Part shown: positions 39,130 to 51,523 of the stretch, one piece after another
Numbering within the stretch: position 1 is the first letter of the stretch
Layout: each line of letters opens with the position of its first letter
DNA from: Octopus sinensis
Lineage: Eukaryota
Length of the DNA: 64,000 nt
Direction: 5' to 3'
NCBI RefSeq assembly: GCF_006345805.1
Contig: NC_043026.1
Location: 5,828,001-5,892,000 of the forward strand
Program-made: the position numbers and the translations under genes
The notes under the pieces: generated by a model
Told to the model about the DNA's origin: nothing
Databases searched by the model: none
What the model saw: only the letters and a program-made list of their open reading frames with translations

Positions 39130-39324
39130 CTCGATTAAGGAAACAGATGACACCAGACAGCCCAAACCGTGCCAGTGCTTTACTCAACACATCGGCAAAC
39201 TAACTGACAGTTACCCATTAGTCCACAATATCACACACGTGCGATATATGAACTGGAAAATTAAATGAAGTACATAGTATGAGAGAGAAAGGCGGGTTAG
39301 ATCGTATACTAAGAGTAGTGTGTG

Positions 39325-39365
<41 letters not shown>

Positions 39366-39366
<1 letters not shown>

Positions 39367-39524
39367 TTTATTTAAAGCAGCAGAAAATTCAACAAAAAAC
39401 CTGTTACTCTGAGTTTCTCGTTGCCGTCATCAGACAGTTTTTGCTAGAAAAAAACTGTCTGATGAACGGCAACAAGAAACTCAGAGTAACAGATTTTGTT
39501 GATTTTCTGCTGCTTTAAATAAAG
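39366..39524. ncRNA. Inverted repeat with a type-I hammerhead motif in each arm
   Basis: Arms ~39366-39442 and ~39448-39524; minus 39437-39401 reads CUGU-CUGAUGA-CGGCAACGA-GAAAC-UCAGA-GUA-ACAG; plus-strand copy at 39455-39492 has a weaker stem II. Confidence 0.65.
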
Positions 39525-40029
39525 CATATTACTCTACCACTGGTATTTGAGTACTCTTTTTTTCCACCTTGTTTCACATTTATGTGTTTACTCCGGTATA
39601 TATATATGCGTGTGTGTGTGTGTGTATATTAAGGGAGTGCCCGAAAGAGAAAGAGGTTAGGTTACGTTAGACCAAGCAACAGATCGAAGTAGTGATATAT
39701 ATATATAAGTAGGAGTGGGGGGTCGTTGTTGGAGTGGAATTGTGCTCTCGGTAAGGGCAGAAGGGTTTAGGAATAAAGCAGATGATGAGAGAAAGGGCGA
39801 AGGTTAGCGGATAGCAGCTTAAGGACTTTGGGATAGCACCAAATAATAATTATATATATATATTATATATATATATATTATAGACACGCCTGTCTATGTA
39901 CGGTAAGCGGTGTAAGACTAAAGATTAGCTGAGCGAATGCTTTTTTGGCTGCGTACATAGAGCGGTGGCTATAGAATTATGTGAGAGAAGCATAAGAGGA
40001 ATGTGGCATTAAAGGGAGAGTAGCGTGAC

Positions 40030-40655
40030 ACGGGCATATAGAGAAATATCTATTGTGAAGAAGGTGCTACTGAGTGAGCTGTAGTGTGAGGTATTCAGAT
40101 TGAGGGAGAAGGAGGAACGATAACGACGTGATATAGAGAGGGGACGGTGTGACAGAATTTATAGAGTGAGGGAGATGCTATTGTGTGAGATGTAGTGTGA
40201 GGTATTCAGATTGAGGGAGAAGGAGGAGCGATAACGACGTGATATAGAGAGGGGACGGTGTGACATATAATGTATAGAGTGAGGGAGATGCTATTGTGTG
40301 AGCTGTAGTGTGAGGTATTCAGATTCACGGAGAAGGAGGAACGATAACGACGTGATATAGAGAGGGGACGGTGTGACATATAATGTATAGAGTGAGGGAG
40401 AAGCTATTGTGTGAGCTGTAGTGTGAGGTATTCAGATTGAGGGAGAAGGAGGAACGATAACGACGTGATATAGAGAGGGGATGGTGTGAAATATAATGTA
40501 TAGAGTGAGGGAGATGCTATTGTATGAGATGTAGTGTGAGGTATTCGGATTGACGGAGAAGGAGGAACGATAACGACGTGATATAGAGAGGGGACGGTGT
40601 GATATATAATGTATAGAGTGAGGGAGATGCTATTGTGTGAGCTGTAGTGTGAGGT
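40030..40655. repeat. 113-bp tandem repeat
   Basis: GAG(C/A)TGTAGTGTGAGG starts at 40076, 40187, 40300, 40413, 40526 and 40639; diverged units continue at ~41050-41800 beyond a SINE A (40700-41045). Confidence 0.9.
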
Positions 40656-42827
40656 GTGGAGAGTGAGAGAGAAAGAGGAATGACAGATGGTTGAGATGTT
40701 GGAGAAGCAAGCTTGGTATCCAACCACACGGTCCCGGGTTCAGTCCCACTGCGAGGCCCAAGTTTCCACGCAGTGGGACTTTTTGCTATAGCCCTGGGCC
40801 GACCAAAGCTTTTGTGAGTGGATTAGGTAGACAGAAACTGAAAGCTTGTCGCGCGCTAGTGTGTGTGTGTGTGTGTTCCCATCACCGCTTGACAACCGGT
40901 GTTGGTTCGGTTACGTCCCCGGAATTTAGCAGTTTGGCAAAAAGAGGCCGATGGTATAAGTATCAGGCTTTTAAAATGAGTACTGGGGTCGATTTGTTCG
41001 ACGGAACTCTTCGAAGCGGTGCCCCAGCATGGCCGCAAAGAACGGTGCGACATTGATTAATATAGAGAGGGAAGGAAGTGCTACTGTGTGAGGTGTAGTG
41101 GGAGGTGTTTAGATTAAGAGAGAAAGGAGAACGATAGTAATCTGATATAGAGAGAATGGTGTGACAGATATATATATATATAGAAAGAGTGAGGGAGGTG
41201 CTACTATGTGAGCTGTGGTGTGAGGTATTCAGAGTGAGGGAGAAGTAGGAATAATAGCAATGTCATAAAGAGAGAATGGTTTGACATAGATACAAGATAT
41301 AGAATGAGGGAGGTGCTACTAAGTGAGATATAGTGTGAGGAGTGCTGATAGACCGAATAGAGAGAGTGACAGGAATGTTGTATGAGAAAGTGTTGGGGGG
41401 AGAAACATCATCCTATAGCGGGATATGTATATGTATAGTAAGACGGGCGCTACCGTGTGAGTTGTAGTGTGAGTAGTAAAGATTGAGAGAGAGTGAGGAA
41501 TGACAAGTGTGTTGTATTAGAGAGAGTTTGAAGAGAACGGTATCTATAACTGATTACCGAGTGTGACGGTATAGCGTGAGTTGCGGAAAGAGAAGGAGCT
41601 ATCGAAAGAGGATGCGGAGTGAGAGGCAATGCCATGTAGAGAGTGAAGGGAGCGCGACGTAGCGTGTAATAGAGAGGGGTGTGTTGAGGGCGATGTGAAG
41701 GGAATGGAAACGTGATATAGAGAGTGTGATAAGAAGTTTGACATAGTATAAGATAGGAGTGGACAGTAGTTATGAGTTTGAGTGTGAGTGAGATGTGAGC
41801 GATGACAGACGGTGAGAAAACAGAAAAAGTCATGCGATGTGTGGATATAAAGAGAGGATGTCACTTCAGATGGACAGGGAGCGATACATACATCTATATA
41901 TATATATATCTCTCTCTCTCTATATATATATATATTCCGCCGAGGTCGACTTTGCCTTTCATCCTTTCAGGGTCGATAAATTAAGTACCAGTTACGCACT
42001 GGCGTCGATATATCTTTCTTTACTGCCCACAAGGGGCTAAACACAGAGAGGACAAACAATGACAGACAAACAGATTAAGTCGATTATATCGACCCCAGTA
42101 CGTAACTGGTACTTATTTAATCGACCCCGAAAGGATGAAAGGCAAAGTCGACCTCGGCGGAATTTGAACTCAGAACGTAGCGGCAGACGAATAACTATTT
42201 CTTTCTTACCCACAAGGGGCTAAACACAGAGGGAGGGAACAAACAAGGACAGACATAGGTATTAAGTCGATTACATCGACCCAGTGCGTAACTGGTACTT
42301 AATTTATCGACCCCGAAAGGATGAAAGGCAAAGTCGATCTCGGCAGAATTTGAACTCACAACGGAGCGGCAGACGAAATACCGATAAGCATTTCGCCCGG
42401 CGTGCTAACGATTCTGCCAGCTCGCCGCCTTTATAATCGACTTAATCCCTTTGTCTGTCCTTGTTTGTCCCCTCTGTGTTTAGCCCTTTGTGGGTAGTAA
42501 AGAAATATATATATATATACATACATACATAAATATATCGTTCTTTCCTCTATATATATGAGTGTGTGTTCTTTTGAGGGGTTGACAAGTTCACGAAGAA
42601 GCTATGTCTGGCCACTTACGATAATGCACTCAAACGCGAGTTTGAGAGTGAGTAAAAAAAAAAACAACGTTTAATCCATAATCGTTAGTCCGACAAAATA
42701 TATTCTGTTTTTCCTACTGCCCGAGTCACACCCGAAACAATATATACCTCACAAGCAGGAGTCTTTGCTCACTGCACTGTGACCTTGACACTGTATAAGG
42801 TCTTTTCATGTAAGACCTACAGGTTTT

Positions 42828-43254
42828 GGATCTTTTCGGTTTGAACGGCAGTTTTTTAAAAATAATTTCCACGTAACTAAACACTTTTAAATTTCGTATA
42901 CTGGTAGAATGTGTTTATAAAACATCTTTTTCTCTTGGCTTTATTGAGAAAATTCTATGGTTTCTAAGATATTTTGTTGTTTTTTTTCTTCAATTTCTGC
43001 AATTTCAACCAATCAATGACGTGTATTGGGGTAAAAAACATTCTGTGCCGTATTAATATGTCCCTCGTTTAAGAAACACATTGGGTTTATTTACATTTGC
43101 GAAGAAAAAAAAGATACCCTTCCCCCCACCCCTAACCCTAACTCTAACCCTAAAACAGATTGAAATGCAATAGATCGATACTAGGGTCATAATTATGGGA
43201 GACAATTTCATATGACAGCGCTAGAAAAAACTGCCGTTCAAACCGAAAAGATCC
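42828..43254. mobile_element. MITE, GGATC-terminus family, perfect 8-bp TSD
   Basis: CAGGTTTT|GGATCTTTTCGGTTTGAACGGCAG...CTGCCGTTCAAACCGAAAAGATCC|CAGGTTTT. Confidence 0.9.
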
Positions 43255-43494
43255 CAGGTTTTCTTTAGCTGTTTTATTCCCGTAACTGAATAGGTGGGAA
43301 TGAGCTTCATCAGATGTTCGTCAGATGCTGCACAAGATCATTTTCCTCTCTGCACTAGATGGCAAACCATTTTCTGAATTTCGCTCTGTGAACCTTATTT
43401 ACTGGGAGCAACCACTGTACCATCTGTACCTCACAAAAGGACACTTGCTGGTCAGTTTGTACACTTGCAAGTCATCTGTACACTTTCAGGTCAT

Positions 43495-43990
43495 CTATAA
43501 ACCAGCAAGACCACCATCACAACCACCACCATCATAACCACCACCACCATCAACACAATGAACCAACAAGACCACCATCACAACCATCACCATCATAAGC
43601 AACACCACCACCACCAGCACCACTGCTATAACAAGATAGCCAGTATCACCAGCGCCTCCACCACCACAACCAACATAACCAATATAACCAATGCCATCAC
43701 CACCACCACCACCACCACCACCACCACCACCATAAGCACCACCACCATAAGCACCACCACTTCCACCATAAGCACCGCCACCACCGCCACTACAACTATA
43801 ACACAATAACCAGTATCGCCAGCGCCACCACCATTACCACCATCACTACTGTCACCACCACAACCAACATAACCAATGCCATCACCACCACCACCACCAC
43901 TACAACACGATAACCAGTATCACCAGCGCCACCACCATCACCACCGTCACCGCCGTCACCACCACCATACCACCGCCGCCACCACCACTT
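43495..43990. repeat. Degenerate (ACC)n trinucleotide field with internal duplications
   Basis: Direct reading; source of the His/Thr/Gly-rich ORFs. Confidence 0.85.
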
Positions 43991-44327
43991 TTGTTAGAGC
44001 TAACCGACATGAAAAGTAATTAATCCGTTGTTTTGCTCTCAGTGTAAAATATTTCAAACTTTTTGTAGAACATGCTGTATAGATACGTGCATATATATAT
44101 ATATGTATGTACATATGCATGTGTGTATGTGCGTATATATGTATATACACACATACATCATTCTCTCCTCTCCTCTTCCTTTCCCCTCTTCCCTGATCCT
44201 TACATATCAAATATACATCACTTTTCTCACTCTCTTTTATCACCTCTCTCTCCCTCTGAATATCATTCTCTCTGTTTCTATCTATCCATCTATCTATCTC
44301 TCTATCTATCTACCTATCTATCTATCC

Positions 44328-44399
<72 letters not shown>

Positions 44400-44696
44400 C
44401 TAATGGTTTTTCTCTCTCTCTGTCTCTCCCATACAGTTTATGAATATCAGTAACCAAATGGGAAGAGTTTGGGTGGTTTCCACATTCACTATATATATAT
44501 ATTATATATATATATATACATACATACATGCACACACACACACGCACATAAATATATATATATATATAGACATATACACACATATACATGCATATCTCTG
44601 TTTGTGCATATAGTTAGATATATGTATGTATATGTATATATATATACATAATTATATATATATGTATACAAATATATGTATACAAATATGTGTATA

Positions 44697-45087
44697 TATA
44701 TCTATATATATACACATATTATACGCACACACATATATACGTACATGTATGTGAATACCCAAACATACATTAATTCATGTTATAAACACATCTGTCAAAC
44801 CACATATATATATATATATGCCTGTCCGCACATCCGAATGCATGTATAAGTGGTGTGTGTACATGTATGTGCATGTATGTATGCATATATATATACATAT
44901 ATATAAAAGCATAGACACACGCATACATACATGCACATACATGCATTCGGATGTGCGGACAGGCATATATATATATATGTGTGGTTTGACAGATGCGTTT
45001 ATAACATGAATTAATGTGTGTTTGGGTATTCACATACATGTACGTATATATGTGTGTGCGTATAATATGTGTATATATAGATATATA
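44697..45087. repeat. Long inverted repeat, ~150-bp arms
   Basis: Left arm includes CATCTGTCAAACCAC...ATGCCTGTCCGCACATCCGAATGCATG; its reverse complement lies at ~44935-45087. Confidence 0.85.
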
Positions 45088-45264
45088 ACTATACATATAT
45101 AACTATACATACAAACATATATACATATACATATATATAGGTATATATATATGTGTATATGTATATATGAATATGTCTATATATATATGTACAAATATAT
45201 ATATATATATAATATATATATATATATATACACACGCACACAAACCTATATGCATATGTGTGTG

Positions 45265-45298
<34 letters not shown>

Positions 45299-45906
45299 TG
45301 TAGTACACACATATATAGCCTAGTTATTCTCTAAAAACGTTGACATTTTATTATAAGATACTTTGGGTGTGTTTACATATATATATATATATATAAGCAC
45401 ATATACATACACATTATATGCATCAATACATACAAACATTATATCTGCATGTGTGTGTTTGTATGTGTGTGTGTTTTAGACATTTTTTTTGTCATATTTC
45501 AATTGGAGATACTAAAGTTTCATTTGGAGACAATAACATTCCTATATATTTCTATTGCTCAACCCGTTCTCAGCCTGATCCGGGGCTAGATTAAGACCCA
45601 TAGAGGCCCAGAGTACTTAAAAGATCTTGTTGCCCTCTCCCCCATATGTGTGTGTAATTCAAAATATTTAAACAATAATAAAGCATAAAATATTTTTTTT
45701 ATTTCTGAAAATGAAGCAAAACTAACAACAAGATGGAAAATAATATTTATTTTTGTATACTTCCATTTTATTTATATTTGAAAATTTCTTTCATATTTTT
45801 ATTTTAATTACAAAATCCTTGATCAGATCCTCACCATGACACCATGAACTTCTTGAAATTATATTTCTGATCATATAAACCACTTTGAATATTATTTTAA
45901 CAAGTT

Positions 45907-48900
45907 TAACCCTTTCCTTATCAACCCAGCTGAAACCAGCTCTAGCTCTGAGTAGAAATGTCTTGTTTTCAAATGTTTTGTATTAAAATCTTCCACCAAA
46001 CCTTAGTCACAATTTATGTTCCTAACACTAACTTAATGATAACTTATTTTACTAAATGATAACTTATTTTACTGCCTCTGGTTCTGTAGTACAAATGTCT
46101 TGTTTTCATAAGTTTTGAATTAAAATCTTCCCTCTATATGCTAGAAATAATAGCCTAAATTTCCTTCAATCCTCACCCTTCCAACTGTTACTAATGTCCA
46201 TCTGCCCAAATGTAGAGGTGTGTTTAACCCTTTTGATACCAACCCAGCTGAAATGTCTTGTTTCCATAAGTTTTGAATTAAAATCTTCCACCAAACCTTA
46301 GTCGCAATTTATGTTCATAATGATAACTAAGTTATTTAAAATTAATTGAAAGAAACACAGAGCATCTCAACAGAAATATGGTAACAAGAGGGTTAAAATA
46401 TATAAGAGAGAAACAATTCTTAACCCTTTTGATACCAACCTGGTTGAAACCACCTCTGGCTCTGTAGTACAAATGTCTTGTTTTCATAAGTTTTTAATTA
46501 AAATCTTCCACGAAACCTTAGTCACAATTTATGTTCCTAACACTAGCTAAATGATAACTAAGTTATTTTATTAAATTCTTTGTTATATTTAAAATTAATT
46601 GAAAGAAACTCAGAGCATCTCAACAGAAATATGGTAACAAGAGGGTTAAAATATATAAGAGAGAAACAATTCTTAACCCTTTTGATACCAACCTGGTTGA
46701 AACCACCTCTGGCTCTGTAGTACAAATGTCTTATTTTCATAAGTTTTTAATTAAAATCTTCCACGAAACCTTAGTCACAATTTATGTTCCTAACACTAGC
46801 TTAATGATAACAAAGTTATTTCACTAGATTCTTTGTTATATTTAAATTAAAGAATGTGTGTGGTGAACTTGAATGAAAGGATTAGAGACAAACACTTACT
46901 TCTCTGGCCAATCGCTCATCAACTTTTTCAAGTTCAACTTGAAAAGGAAGGTGAGAATGGAGAGGCAGGTTTTGTCTCGTGAAAGTTTCAAAAAAAGGTG
47001 GGTGAATGTAGGAAAGATGGTGCGTGCGAGTGACGAAACCACTTTGAGCATGATCCTGTAAATCGAAAAAAGAGAGAGAGAGAGAGCACTTTGCTCTCAT
47101 GTGTTTGTTTCCTCCCTGCCTGAGCTTACCGTGGTCTTTCCCGTAGGCTTTTCTTTCCAGGGATAAACCTAATCTTGCTTCTTACATTTTAAAAATTTCT
47201 TCTGTGATGCACGATCCCTTCTGATCGCCTTTTTCTTTCCCCCGATCCCTTTTGATCGGAATTTTACTTTTTTTATTCATTTTCGAAAAGAAAAGCTCTA
47301 CATTTGTATTTGTCCCCTCTGTGTTCAGCCCCGTGTGGCCAATAAAGAAAGTTATATTTAAAATTAATTGAAAGAAGCACAGAGCATCCCAAAATAAATA
47401 CAGTAACAAAAGGTTTGTGGCTGTGTGGTAAGTAGCTTGCTTACCAACCACATGGTTCCGGGTTCAGTCCCACTGTGTGGCACCTTGGGCAAGTGTCTTC
47501 TACTATAGCCTTGGGCCTACCAAAGCCTTGTGAGTGGATTTGGCAGACGGAAACTGAAAGAAGCCCGTCGTATATAAGTATATATATATGTGTGTGTGTT
47601 TATGTTTGTGTGTCTGTGTTTGTCCCTCCAATATCGCTTGACAACCGATGCTGGTGTGCTTACGTCCCTGTAACTTAGCGGTTCGGCAAAAGAGACCGAA
47701 AGAATAAGTACTAGGCTTACAAAGAATAAGTCCTGGGGTTGGACTGCTCGACTAAAGGTGGTGCTCCAGCATGGCCACAGTCACATGACTGAAACAAGAA
47801 AGGGATTTCTTTTGTACCATAAACCATTTACCATTTCTGCCGTGCCCCTTCTTTCCTTTAACACCCTAAGTATGTGCTTATTTTGCTTAATAGTTAACCC
47901 TTTCGTTACTAACCCAGCTGAAACCGGCTCTGGCTTTGTAGTACAAATGTCTTGTTTTCCTAAGTTTTGAATTAAAATCTTCCCCCAAACCTTAGTCACA
48001 ATCTATGTTCCTAACACTAGCTTAATGATACCTAAGTTATTTTACTAAATTCTTTGTTATATTTAAAATTAATTGAAAGAAACTCAGAGCATCTCAACAG
48101 AAATATGGTAACAAGAGGGTTAAAATAAATAATAGAGAAACAATTCTTAACCCTTTCGATACCAACCTGGTTGAAACCACCTCTGGTTCTGTAGTACAAA
48201 TGTCTTGCCTTCATAAGTTTTGAATTAAAATCTTCCACCAAACCTTAGTCACAATCTATGTTCCTAACACTAGCTGAATGATAACTAAGTAATTTTACTA
48301 AATTCTTTGTTATATTTAAAACTAATTGAAAGAAACTCAGAGCATCTCAATAGAAATATGGTAACAAAAGGGTTGAAATATATAATAGAGAAACAATTCT
48401 TAACCCTTTCGATACCAACCTGGTTGAAACCGCCTCTGGTTCTGTAGTACAAATGTCTTGTTTTCATAAGTTTTGAATTAAAATCTTCCACCAAACTTTA
48501 GTCACAATTTATGTTCCTAACATTAGCTTAATGATAACTAAGTTATTTTACTAAATTCTTTGTTATATTTAAAATTAATTGAAAGAAACTCAGAGCATCT
48601 TAATAGAAATATGGTAACAAAAGGGTTAAGAAGAAAAATAATCAGCAGAAGACATGAGAGAAGGAGACCTCAATGTGGTCACTCTATATGCTAGAAATAA
48701 TAGCCTAAATTTCTTTGAATCCCCACCCTTTCAACTGCTTCTAATGTCCATCTGCCCAAATGTAGAGATGTTTTTAACCCTTTCAATACCAACCCGGCTG
48801 AAACCGGCCCTGGCTCTGTAGTACAGATGTCTTGTTTTCATAACTTTTGAATTAAAATTTTCCACCAAACCTTAGTCACAATTTATGTTCCTAACACTAG

Positions 48901-49002
48901 CTTAATGGTAACTAAGTTATTTTACTAAAATCTTTGTTATATTTAAAATAATTAAGAGAAAGACAGAGAATCTCAAAATAAATACAGTAATGAAAGGGTT
49001 AA
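45907..49002. mobile_element. Cluster of about 8 piggyBac-type MITEs of one family
   Basis: TTAA|CCCTTT...A(A/G)GGG|TTAA copies starting near 45907, 46225, 46421, 46673, 47894, 48146, 48399 and 48775. Confidence 0.8.
46849..47250 (+). pseudogene. 3' end of a Tx1/L1-clade LINE ORF2 plus UTR
   Basis: KECVW*T*MKGLETNTYFSGQSLINFFKFNLKRKVRMERQVLSRESFKKRWVNVGKMVRAS; the ...F..RW terminus resembles L1/Tx1 ORF2 ends; the stops are compatible with TGG>TGA and CGA>TGA decay. Confidence 0.55.
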
Positions 49003-49401
49003 TCAAGTGCTGGCCACATCAGCCCAACAAAATGATAGTAGTTGAGTATTGTTTTTGCAGCCTACAGTTGGTATTTATCTAAACTGATAAAAATTATCTT
49101 TGGCATATTTAAATTGCTCTCCAGTCCTTTAGCTATCAACTTGCCTGTGACTGCCCCTCACTTAATATAACAATCTTCCTGTTTTAAAGGGATCCTAATT
49201 ACAACATTCTTCCATGGAAATATGTTAATTATGTTCCAAATGCCAGCTTAATAATGACAAACATTTTCATTAGTGTCAAGATTAATTGAAATAAAGCCAG
49301 TGTATTTCATGAAAAATATGGTAGCAAAGGGGTTAAAGAGATTTAAATTAAAACCTTCCATTGGAATTTCAAATTAATTTATGTTCCAAACACCATCTTA
49401 A

Positions 49402-49803
49402 TCTCTCTCTATATATATAAAGCTGAAGTTGTCTGTGTGTGACAGGTTTGGTAACCTTCAACTAACACTATCTCCTCCAAGACCCTGCGGCGCAAGTTGA
49501 CCAAAACTGAGAGTATGATAGAAGAAGGCTTGCTCTTCATTCTGTAGAAGAAAAAATTCAAGTCGGACCATGTCAACACCAAAAATTATTTACATCAATA
49601 AGGTGCTTTTTTTCTATGAAAATCCCTATTTTTAACGATTTTTTTTACTGCTGTGTCCCCATTTTTCGGTGTATTTCAACCAGAAAAATGTTCACTTATA
49701 GAGAATAACAAGCTACATAATGCAAAATTTTTACTTTTCAAAAATTCCAATTCTAAAGGGTCGAAAAGAAAACAAGCCTGAGCAAACCGGGCTATGCTGC
49801 TAG
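49402..49803 (+). mobile_element. Non-autonomous Helitron, family H2
   Basis: 5' TC..TATATATATAAAGCTGAAG, decayed hairpin CCTGAGCAAACCGGG, 3' CTAG|T. Confidence 0.75.
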
Positions 49804-50001
49804 TTAATGATAGGGTTATTTTACTAACAATAATCGCTGAGCGAGGTATACACAATAGCTGCACGGCATAGTGAAGAATTTTTGCCACTTATATGTGGCT
49901 AACCCTTAAGAGTGTCCAGCTGGCTTTTGACACACTTTCTGTGCCCTATCAGTATTTGCGAAGGGAAACCATCCTTCCCATCTCCAACCTGATATGATAC
50001 G

Positions 50002-50042
50002 CACGGACCCGAGTTTCTGGGTATTGACCCGTCATCAGCGTG
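50002..50042 (-). ncRNA. Hammerhead motif, copy 1
   Basis: CACG-CUGAUGA-CGGGU-CAAU-ACCCA-GAAAC-UCGG-GUC-CGUG; C:A mismatch at the base of stem II. Confidence 0.65.
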
Positions 50043-50360
50043 TGACAATACTTGGTTGTCGATGTGAAGTGCTATCCAGATGCAAATGCATATATCCTTT
50101 TTCCAGTGACGAAAAGTCACTGATATCGAAAAAGTGTAAACAAGCAATAATAAATCTCTGAAAGAGGTATACACAGTAGCTGCACAACATTGTGAAGTAT
50201 ATTTGCCACTTAAACGTGGCTAACCCTTAAGGGTGGATGCTACTGTAGCTTGTAGCCCCAGGGGAACACCTCCTCCAGTTGGCCATCGACATACTTTCTG
50301 TGCCCTATCAGTATTTGCAAAGTGAAGCCATCCTTCCCATCTTCAACCTGATATGATACG

Positions 50361-50401
50361 CACAGACCTGAGTTTCTGGGTATTGACCCGTCATCAGCGT
50401 G
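50361..50401 (-). ncRNA. Hammerhead motif, copy 2
   Basis: CACG-CUGAUGA-CGGGU-CAAU-ACCCA-GAAAC-UCAG-GUC-UGUG; C:A mismatch at the base of stem II. Confidence 0.65.
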
Positions 50402-50719
50402 TGACAATACTCGGTTGTCGATGTGAAGTGCTATCCAGATGCAAATACATATATCCCTTTTCCAATGATGGAGAGTCACTGATATCGAAAAAGTTTAAAC
50501 AAGCAATAATAAATCTCTGAATGAGATATACACAGTAGCTGCACAACATTGTGAAGTATATTTGCCACTTAAATGTGGCTAACCCTTAAGGGTGGATGCT
50601 ACTGTAGCTTGTAGCCCCAGAGGGACACCTCCTCCAGCTGGCTATTGACACACTTTCTGTGCCCTATCAGTATTTGCAAAGCGAAGCCATCCTTCCCATC
50701 TTCAACCTGATATGATACG

Positions 50720-50760
50720 CACGGACCCGAGTTTCTGGGTATTGACCCATCATCAGCGTG
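50720..50760 (-). ncRNA. Minimal type-I hammerhead ribozyme motif, intact core
   Basis: CACG-CUGAUGA-UGGGU-CAAU-ACCCA-GAAAC-UCGG-GUC-CGUG: stem I 4 bp, stem II 5 bp, stem III 2 bp with self-complementary ACUCGGGU; predicted cut after GUC (between 50724 and 50723). Confidence 0.8.
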
Positions 50761-51486
50761 TGACAATACTTGGTTGTCGATGGAAGTGCTATCCAAATAC
50801 AAATAATGCATATATCCTTTTTCCAGTGAGGAAAAATCACTGATATTGAAATAGTTTAAACAAGCAATAATAAATCTCTCAGCGAGGTATAAACTGTAGC
50901 TGCACAACATTGTGAAGTATATTTGCCACTTAAATGTAGATAACCCTTTCGATACCAACCCAGCTGATGTTTTTACGTTCCCGTAACTTAGCGGTTCAGC
51001 AAAAGAGACCAATAGAATAAGTACAAGGCTTACAAAGAATAAGTCCTGGGGTCGATTTGCTCGACTAAAGGCGGTGCTCCAGCATGGCCACAATCAAATG
51101 ACTGAAAAAAGCAAAAGAGTAAAAGAGTATACATATATATATATATCATGTGATCACGTGACCGACCAGACCATCAGATGTTGTTACACATCGCTGGTCA
51201 CAATGCGTTCGCATTGTTTTTTAGCCTTCGAATGACGCCACCCCGCTGGCTAAGCAAGCAGGCCAACAGAAGAAAGAGTGGTGAAAGAGTACAGCAAGGA
51301 TCACCACCTCCTGCTGGAGCCTCGTGGTCCTTTTAGGTGTTTTCGCTCAATAAACACACACAACGCCCGGTCTGGGAATCGAAACCGCGATCCTGCGACC
51401 GCGATTCCGGTGCCCTAACCACTAGGTCATTGCGCCTCCACTTATATATGAGACAAAACCACTTTCACGAGACAAAACCTGCCTCT

Positions 51487-51523
<37 letters not shown>

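Larger units (their letters stand above)
49828..50937 (-). repeat. 359-bp tandem array (~3.1 units), each unit with one hammerhead motif; candidate retrozyme or PLE pseudo-LTR
   Basis: Hammerheads at 50002-50042, 50361-50401 and 50720-50760, spaced 359 and 359 bp; units visibly highly similar. Confidence 0.85.

Noticed and set aside
43495-43809. Gly-rich and His/Thr-rich ORFs
   Set aside because: (ACC)n repeat translations without supporting splice context
49899-51093. 79-164-aa ORFs in the 359-bp array
   Set aside because: Differ in start and stop between units; one runs in from an adjacent SINE; no RT or GIY-YIG motifs
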